Assembly: GCA_951406725.2 (NCBI GenBank)
Contig: OX597814.1
Location: 61,070,001 to 61,134,000 of the forward strand
DNA length: 64,000 nt
Direction: 5' to 3'
From: Octopus vulgaris
Taxonomy: Eukaryota
The translations under genes were made by a program, and so were the position numbers. How positions within the stretch are numbered: position 1 is the first letter of the stretch; every line of letters starts with the position of its first letter. The notes beneath the pieces are model-generated. The model saw only the letters and a list, made by a program, of their open reading frames with translations. It made no database searches and was not told the DNA's origin. This document shows, one piece after another, positions 55,438 to 64,000 of the stretch.

Positions 55438-55772
55438 TAGTTCTATATTTAAGAGATGAGGAATTACGTACATTATTTACATTATTTACATTTGACGGAT
55501 ATTTGTCCTCATCTTTGTTGTACAACGTTTCGGCTGATATACCCTTCAGCCTTCTTCAGGTGTCTGGGGGAAATTTTGAACCTGGGTTCTCATTCCTAAG
55601 GTATTATTATCATTATTGTTGTTGTTGTTCAGGTCACTGCTTGGAATTGAACTCAGAATCTTGGGGTTAGTAGCCCGCACTCTTAACCATTACAACCACT
55701 ACACCATATGCCCATGTTAACAACAAGCAAGATGAGGACAAATATCTGTCGAATGAAAATAATGTAAATAAT
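55438..55772 (-). mobile_element. tRNA-headed SINE-like retroelement with an internal hammerhead motif and an inverted tail copy (Penelope-type), inserted into an RTE LINE
   Basis: 12-bp TSD acacaaaaaatt (55426-55437 / 55773-55784); Pol III A/B boxes on the minus strand 55713-55642; hammerhead core 55559-55524; 55715-55772 is an inverted copy of about 55472-55523. Confidence 0.75.
55521..55564 (-). ncRNA. Minimal type-I hammerhead ribozyme motif (canonical C3-G8)
   Basis: Minus strand GACAC-CTGAAGA-A-GGCTGA-agggtata-TCAGCC-GAA-ACGT-T-GT; 6-bp stem II, palindromic stem III; stem I shortened in this copy. Confidence 0.7.
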
Positions 55773-57552
55773 ACACAAAAAATTGTTTCCCTGCTAACTT
55801 TTCTCTGATATTGCTGCACCTCTTATGTGTCCTGACCTCGGGAGACCATCACTGACCATTGTCCATGCAAAATGCCAGCAGTGCCCATTCAACTTCACCT
55901 AGGTTTGCATCTGCAACTTCCATGCTTGCCACAGCATCCTCCAACTTGACCAAGCATCAGATAATCACCTTACTGACAATTGCACAACCTAAAATTTTAG
56001 GTCCAGTAAGGCTTGCACAGCACCTCACAAACCCTACTCACATGATCCAGAGAGAAGCCAGGGCAAGATATCCAGTGCCAATATAGGCTACATGTTCAAA
56101 TATGTGGAAGAGCTATGATCTCAAGCACATGTAAAAGATCTCCAAAATGTTTAATGTCATTCCCTGCATATCTTGTTCTGCAGCAGAGTGATCTTCTCTT
56201 AGAGATATGCTTTAACAAAAGTTAAGGTATCTTCCAACATGCCAGACACTAACCTGTAATTTCTGAAGGCTCTTGCTACTGCTACTAGATAGTAGATGGA
56301 AGGATCTTGTTTGAAACCCTGTTGGGTTTCTAGCAATCCACCTAGCAAGCCTAAGGGGCAGGGGTGCTGGTTTAGTCGCCAACGATCCAACCATGCAACA
56401 GGTTGTACTGGATTCCATGTTACCCGTAGCACTCATGAGAGATCACACAAGTAACCTGACATGTGTATGTATGTGTGTGTGTATGTATGTAAGTATGTAT
56501 GTACATACATACGCACACATGTATGTGTGCCTGTATGCATGTATGTATGTATGTATGCATGTATGTATTCATGTACACACGTATGTACGTATACACACAT
56601 ATGTAATTATGTATGTATGTATGTATGTATATGCTGTATATTTGTATTTGTCATCCTTACCACTTGACAACCAGTGTTGGTTTGTATACATCCTCATAGC
56701 TAAAGAGACTGATAGAATAAGTACCAGAAAGTAAGCTCTGAGTTTGATTTGTCTGACTAAACCTTTCAAGGTGATGCTGCAGCTTGGCCACAAACCAATG
56801 ACTGAAAAAAAAGATAAGATAAAAAGGTAAGATATACTTTCTGTCAGGAATTGCAATCAATAATTAATATCAGCAATAGGTAAAAATAAAAGCTAATGGA
56901 CACATGTTTCCTTGCTTTGATTTGAAGATCAACAGTGACAAGATGTGATAAATCAGGATTTCAAATTGACTGCAGACATTTCACGGTGATAAGACATTTA
57001 TTACAAAATATATGATAATCTATTGCTATTCTCTTGCCTTTGATGTCTCTCTCTCACTCTCATTTTTCACCACTCACTCTCTCTCACTCACTCCTTCTCT
57101 CACCCTCTCTCCTTCTCTCTTTCTTTCTCTCTCTTGCTCTCTCCCTCTGACTGGGCAACCATGTATCTTCTCTAGAGCAAGACACCTGTTTCTGCCCCTC
57201 TGTCACACTCAAACCTCTCATCACCTGGCACAAAGCTATCTCCTCCAATCCCCTGTCCTCTCAAAGAATCTTTGTCTTGTGAGTTACTTGGTGACCTCGC
57301 CGGTGCTGATGCCATGTAAAAAGTATTCAATCCACTCTGTAAGGTGGTTGGTGCTAGGAAGGGCATCGAGCTGTAAAAAACAGACCTTGTCAGTATTGGT
57401 GCCACATAAAAAGCACTCAGGCCACTCTGTAAAGTGGTTGGCATTAGGAAGGGCATCCAGCCATAAAAACCATGTCAAAACAGAAAATTGCAGTCTAGTG
57501 AAGTCTTCTGGCTGGCCAGCTCCTGTCAAGCCATCCAACCATGCATGGAAAA

Positions 57553-57872
57553 TGCACTGTTCCAAAGGTCCCAGCTACCCTGTACTGCAAAAGCTTGTGA
57601 TTCAAGGGCCCACAGCAACTTAAAGTCTTGCCAAAACATCTGAGGGATCTTCATTGAGTAACAGTAGATGTTTTCAAGAAACAGCTTGACCTCCTGCTGT
57701 CCAAGGTTCCAGATGACCCTACATCACAGAAAGAAACTCAAAAGAGGGCAGCAGCATTGACCTCCCTCCACCAAAAGTCAATCACATGACATTGGCTATT
57801 GTAAAGATGATTATACCAGCTGTGCTCTAGCATGGCTACAGCCTTTGTACTGAAGTATATAAAAGAATAAAA
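57553..57872 (+). mobile_element. CR1-group LINE 3' end
   Basis: From 57601: FKGPQQLKVLPKHLRDLH*VTVDVFKKQLDLLLSKVPDDPT, typical of the CR1-type ORF2 C-terminus; followed by tail GTGCTCTAGCATGGCTACAG...CTGAA...TAAAAGAATAAAA. Confidence 0.75.
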
Positions 57873-58059
57873 TGTTTGCTAAGTGTCCAAGTAGTAAACC
57901 ATGTAATACCACTGATTCCACAGTGGCACAGAAGAAACTTCTTTCAAGATCATCTGATAGTGAAAACTTCTATATGACACTGAGGCCAACAAAAACTGCC
58001 TAAGCTGTTGCAATGAATTTTTACATACTTTGTTGCTTCCCAACTACATATATAAAATT

Positions 58060-58780
58060 TTAGACAGTGCCATAAATCACTACTGCAGTGATACCTGGGG
58101 ATTATGAAGAATGTATTGTGGTTAAGTATATCCTCAAATATTCAACTGACTTCAACAAAAAAAAAAACATTAAAGCCATGTACAACTTTTTAAAACAGAT
58201 ATCTGGTCTTACCCAATAAATTACTGCTTCTCTCCTTTCTAAAGATGGCCTCAACTTGATTAATAATACTGAAGGTATTTTTATAGGATGGACAGGATAA
58301 TTCACAAGCCTTTTTCACAACACATTTACGATGGATGAAATTGTCAGAGACATTCCACAGAGCCATGGTATTAAGGAAAGGAATAGTAATACCTTCATAG
58401 AGAAAGTAATAATTGCCATTAAACAGATCAACTCAGAAAAGACTCCAAGAATTGATAGTACAAGCTGAGTTTATTGAGCACGATGGAAATAAAATGGCTG
58501 ATCACACAATCACAATGATTGTCAATGGCTAGAATGCTTCACTATTCGTACAAGACTAAAAAAATACAATACTAATTTCATTGCAGAGAGGAAGGGGTGT
58601 CAAACCAATCTGTGGTAACTTTTGTTGTATTTCCTTACTAGTAACTCTTGGTAAGATATTCACTGAACTCTTATTGACCTATTTGGAGACCTATCTTCTA
58701 TCATTGTCCCAGAGTCTTAAAGAGAATTCAGATTTGGCAGAGAAACTACAGATAGTATTTTTAGTGTCAAACAATTATAA
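58060..58780 (+). mobile_element. Old LINE (RTE-like) reverse transcriptase fragment
   Basis: GVKPICGNFCCISLLVTLGKIFTELLL (cf. CGNYRGISLLSxxGKIFxRILL); multiple stops and frameshifts. Confidence 0.7.
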
Positions 58781-59399
58781 GATAAGCACATAAAGCAAGG
58801 ACCAGCCTTTTGTCAAGTTGTAGTTGCTAAACAGCAGATTCAGTCACAGTGAATAGAAATGCATTCCATTATTTTTAAAAATACAAGAAAACTGTTTACA
58901 TTTTGTTTTGCATTTGGTGTACAAGTATCAGGAGGAAGTGACTTAAAAAGTTGGTGATAAGAAGGGCATTTAGTTATTCAACACTGCCCCAGAAAATCTA
59001 CCTAACCCATATCAAGGCAGAAAAAAATAACATAAAATAATGTTGGTGCAAGCCTTATAGCTATGTGATTAATCATTTTTGACATTTAATTCCGAATTAA
59101 ATTATAAAAAAATTTAATCTTTTAAAAAATAAAATGTATCAACTGTTTATGAGACAGACTTGATATTAGTGTGGTTATGTATAAACCAGCAGCTGGGGAA
59201 GATCTTTATCTCAACACTATTTGATTTTACTGTTAACAGATTTATACAAATTTTTGATATTTTTCTGTTCTAATTACTGTAGTTTCAAAGCATTTTAGTT
59301 CAATGTTGATACTGGTATTTTCAACATTTGGTTTAAACTTGGATTTTACATTTTCCATGGAATTCACATAGTCTTTTAAAAATGAAAATTTTTTCATTT

Positions 59400-62300
59400 T
59401 CAGCATGGTCATGCTGAGCCAGCTTCATCACACTTAGCCATTATTTCTTTGTCTTTGAAGTTCTGTGATTCATTAAATAATCTTTCAAATTTTTGCACTC
59501 TGAACTTAATAATACATGCTATTTGTAGCAGGAGAAATAGTATCATTTTGCAACAATTCTGCATTATGGAGAAACAATGTAAAAGTAACTTCATTTTGTC
59601 TTTTTTAATTTTTTTTTTCTAAAAAATGCAGATATAATTCAGTGATAACAAAATTCTTTTTATTCCTTGGATTTAAGAGAATAGATATAACTACCTCTGC
59701 AAAACAAAAAGTCTCAAAACTTCTTGAATGCATCTTGTGTTTCAGCAGTTTGAGTTATATTAAGTGACCTCCTCAATTTAGTAAGGATGACTCCCAACCT
59801 CAGTGAACATTAATATTGGTTTCAAATTTTGGCCCAAGGCCAGCAAGTTCATGGGAGGGGGTAAGTTGATGACATCAATCCCTGTGCTTGACTGGTACGT
59901 ATTTTATTGACCCCAGAAGGATATAAAGCAAAATTAGCCTTGTCAGAATTTGAACTCAGAATGTAAAGATGGACAAAACACCAGTAAGCATTTTGCCCAG
60001 TGTGCTAACGATCCTGTCAGGTCACTGCCTTCCAATGAACATTAATATTAATACAATTTAAGGTGGCATGCTGGCAGAATTGTCAACATGCCTGACAAAA
60101 TGCTTCATGGCATTTTGTCTGTCTTTACATTCTGAATTCAAATTCTGATGAGGTTGACTTTGCCTTTCATCATTTCAAGGTCGATAAAATAAGTACCAGT
60201 TGAACTCTGAGGTTGATGTAATTGAATTACCTGCTCTCCAAAAATTACTGACCTTGTACCAAAATTTGAAACCAATATCAATACATCTCCTCTTTCACAA
60301 TAATATATCTTCATCCCGTGCTAAAGAAAATCTAACTTCTAAATTAACTTGATTCTGTGAAAAAGAACACAATTTGACTTTCTTTTCAACAACATAGTCA
60401 TACACTACTCTCTTAACATTCGAAGCATTCATGAAAGCAGTGTTGCCAAATGAAAATTATAATTTAATGCTAGATTTCTACTTAAAAAAGAAAAAAAAAA
60501 GAATATGGTTAAAAATGCCAAATAAGAGAAAGTCATGCTAGTTATTTATTTTTAAAAACATCATAGAAATTAAACTTTTGCTATTTGAGTCAGCATCTAG
60601 CATAACTTCTAAATCATTGAACGCTTCAGCATTGCTACTTTATTTCTAAATTAGATATCTGTCCATTGAACCAATTTTATTTAGTGTTTGCTTCAGGTAC
60701 ACAATAATCTTTGCAACATTTATCATGTCGTTTCAGGTCATATTTTACAGAGAGAACAGCTCCAAGTATTGAAAGTCACATTTTTATTTCTCCATTTTGT
60801 TTTTGATAACATTCATGCTACAGAATAATCTTTCCAACTCAGCATTTGAATTAGGTAATATTAAAAGATTAAGAGCAAATGCTGCAACATCTCTAAAGGA
60901 ATTTCCTCTAGTGGTAACTTTGTCATAAAATATTTCTGTCCAGAATTTTTCAGTATTAACAGTGGTGGTCCATTTAAGCAAATGAATATTATCAACTTGC
61001 AATTCAACACTTATAAATCTGAATTCATTGATTTCAAAAGAGAAACAAATAGCTTCTTTACATGTCTCAAAATATTTTCTACAGTAAAAGACACCATTTC
61101 ATGAGTTTCAATAATTCAAAGTTCTCTGGTATTCATTGCTTGAATACCAGATCTTAATATTTTTCTTTTGTTGGTTGTTCTCTTCTTGAACATCATTTCT
61201 ACTATTTTCTCTTAAACCTGTTGCCAAGATTAGTCAGGATTAAAAAATTTTCACCATTAAAATTCGGATCAAGAGTATCTATTCTGCTTGCTGATGGTAC
61301 TAAAATATTTGCAATATTCACAATCATTCTGTTGCAAACAGAATGATTGTGAGATGTGTGGTTGTGTGGTAAGAAGCTTGTTTCCCAACTACATTGTTCC
61401 AGGGTCAGTCCCACTGCATGGTACTTTGGGAGCAAGAGTCTTTTGCAATAGCCTCAAGCCAACCAAAGCCTTGTGAGCAGATTTGGTAGACTGAAACTGA
61501 AAGAAGCCAACCATGTATATGTGTGTGTGTGTGTGTGTGCTTGTGTGTGTGTGTGTATGTGAGAGCGAGAGAGAGTATCTTTGTGTGTGTTTGTCCTCCT
61601 CTGCCACTTGACAACTGGTATTGGTGTGTTTACATCCCCATAATCTAGCAGTTTGGCAAAAGAGACTGATAGAATGAGTACCAAGCTTAACAAAAAGTAA
61701 GTTCTGGGATCAATTCATTCAACTAAAAATTCTTCACGGTGGTGCCCCAACATAGCCACATAATAAGGAATGAAACAAGTAAAGAATAAAAGATGAAAGA
61801 TGCTTTAAAATTGGATGTAATACAGTAGAACATATTCTTACAGAACAATATAACAACTAAACAATTATCTCTTGTACTCATTTTTATAGTGAATTCAAAC
61901 CACTGATTCAAAACTTCTATCCACAATAGATTCAATTGGTAATACAGTTGTTTAAACCTTTAACGTTCAGATTACTCTGTCAAATGTAATGCTTATTTCT
62001 TCACATTGCTTTTAATTAATCCTGAACTATGCCATATCTTTCAGATTTAGATGATGTGATTATTTATTTTTAGCATGACACTGTAGGGTAAATGGCAGAG
62101 GTCAGATCTGGCCAGTTTGAACATGAAACAGGTAGAATATTTGGTTTGGATATGGCTAATTTGAATGCTAACCGGTTAAAACCTGAAACACTGAACTAGT
62201 TATAAGTTGTTTGTTTTAATGAAGAATAAGAAAATTCCCGAAAAGTTTCTACTACCAAAAGTTTGAAGTTTCCAGTGAGACATTCTGCATGATGATGCTA

Positions 62301-62520
62301 TACTCTCTCTCTTTACTCTTTTACTTGTTTCAGTCATTTGACTGTGGCCATGCTGGAGTACCGCCTTTAGTCGAACACATCGACCCCAGGACTTATACTT
62401 TGTAAGCCTAGTACTTATTCTATCAGTCTCTTTCGCCGAACCGCTAGGTTACGGGGATGTAAACACACCAGCATCGGTTGTCAAGCGATGGTGGGGGGAC
62501 AAACACAGACACACAAACAT

Positions 62521-62570
<50 letters not shown>

Positions 62571-63950
62571 TCATCATCATCATCATCATCACATATATAT
62601 ACACATATATATGATGGGCTTCTTTCAGTTTCCGTCTACCAAATCCACTCACAAGGCTTTGGTCGGCCCGAGGCTATAATAGAAGACACTTGCCCAAGGT
62701 GCCATGCAGTGGGACTGAACCCGGAACCATGTGGTTCGTAAGCAAGCTACTTACCACACAGCCACTCCTGAGCCTACAAAAAATTGATAATTTCATTAAA
62801 AAATGACTCACTCACACACATCTACACAGAAATAAGAATGAGACTCCTTTTAATTTCAGATAGTCATGGTTATCTAATATAACACTGGCATGGTAACTCC
62901 AATGCCATATAGATTTTCAATTTCTAATTTCTTTTTTTTTTTGTGTAAAATTCCTGTAAATATTGATTACAACACACTTTGGTAAAAGTATGAAGTTAAG
63001 GTAAGTATTCTTTTATTTTTTTTTACTTGTTTCAGTCATTTTGACTGTGGTCATGCAGGAGCACTACTTTAAAGGATTTTAGTTGAAGAAATTGACCCCA
63101 GGACTTAGTCTATGTAAGCCTAGTACTTATTTTATTGGTCTATTTTGCTGAACTGCTAAGTTACAGGGACCCTAAACACACCAACATCGGTTGTCAAGTG
63201 ATGGTAGGGGGACAAACACACACATACACATGACAGGCTTCTTTCAGTTTCTGTCTACCAAATCTATTCACAAGGCTTTGGTTGGCCTGAGGCTATAGTA
63301 GAAGACACTTGTCACACAGGTGCCACACAGTGGGACTGAACCCAGGACCATGTAGTTGGGAAGCAAGCTTCTTACTACATTCACAACTTTTTTTTATAAT
63401 TATTGACTGCTGTATCATTACATTCACCTTAATGGAAAACAAAATTTTCTAGTTTCTTTCAGCATCAGAAATTAGTTCTTCATCAAAGTGTATAGAAAAT
63501 ACATTCTTTACAATATTTACCCCTTTGATACAATATAACCAACTTCATTTTTGGACAGATTCACAAATCTACAAAAAGTATAAAATGAATTCCTAAATTA
63601 GTTTCAAGCATCAAGGTTTAATCATATTTTCTCCATCTTGCTCACATATGAAGCTCACATGGTCCTGAATTCCTTATTAGTTCCATGATTTTCAAAAATT
63701 CAAAGTTCTGTGGTATTCATTGCCTAAATACCAGATCTTCATTTTTTTTTTGGGTTGGTTTTTCTCTTCTTTTTGGTCATCGTTTCTACAATTTTCTCTT
63801 AGAATTGTTGCCAAGATTAGCAAAGATGAAAAATTTTCATCATTAAAATTAGGATCAAGAGTATCTATTCTGTTTGCTGATGGTACTAAGACATTTTGCG
63901 ATATTTGTAATCATTCTGCTTGCAACAGAATGATTCAAAAAGTTTATTAA
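59400..63950 (-). mobile_element. Highly decayed hAT-like transposase remnants fragmented by SINEs/MITEs
   Basis: FWTEI...FRDVAAFALNLLILPNSNAELERLFCSMNVIKNK (hAT C-terminal dimerisation-like) at 60784-61002; VLNQWFEF-like segment near 61900; internal duplication 61120-61348 vs 63705-63935. Confidence 0.65.
62310..62772 (-). mobile_element. SINE family A full-length copy (others at about 2252-3050, 9502-9887, 21925-22298, 22470-22790, 28550-29560, 52445-52815, 61355-61790, 63020-63380)
   Basis: Reverse complement of 46679-47065 over the full length. Confidence 0.9.
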
Positions 63951-64000
63951 ATTTTTGGACATACATGGTTGTGTGGATGTTTTTTATTTTTTATTTTTTT

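Larger units (their letters stand above)
54318..55832 (-). mobile_element. RTE-clade LINE, 5'-truncated (RT C-terminus + 3' UTR + (GAT)n tail)
   Basis: LEVVGSFCYLSD...GGCSKSIAVRIRIGWAKFRELLPL...GRLYDACVKTTVLHSSETWA; WDEVVKNDLR; reading continues past the 55438-55772 insertion (THKRCSNIREK). Confidence 0.9.

Noticed and set aside
55835-56450. Higher-GC stretch with short ORFs that could be an exon
   Set aside because: No recognisable domain or consistent splice and frame structure; most likely an old LINE remnant, family not assignable by eye.

Overview
AT-rich, microsatellite- and transposon-dense animal genomic DNA. The SINE/RTE repertoire points to a cephalopod, probably Octopus (inference). 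The only host gene is the 3' portion of MLH1 (DNA mismatch repair MutL homolog) on the + strand. It has 12 coding exons from 4685 to the stop at 40320, all with GT-AG boundaries and compatible phases, and ends in the invariant ...DLYKVFERC*. The 5' exons appear to lie upstream of the window. The rest is layered repeats: several tRNA-derived SINE families, RTE and CR1-type LINE remnants, decayed mariner/Tc1/pogo, hAT, Chapaev3 and Helitron elements, piggyBac-type MITEs and long simple repeats. The most notable unannotated signal is a set of Penelope-type minimal type-I hammerhead ribozyme motifs read by eye. One lies inside a tRNA-headed, TSD-flanked SINE-like element (55438-55772). Two structurally complete copies replace the canonical C3-G8 core pair with compensatory G3-C8 (49186-49236) and A3-U8 (24454-24487) pairs, and several more copies are degenerate. 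Such variants would be missed by CUGANGA pattern searches. Their activity is untested. All family assignments come from remembered motifs, not database searches.
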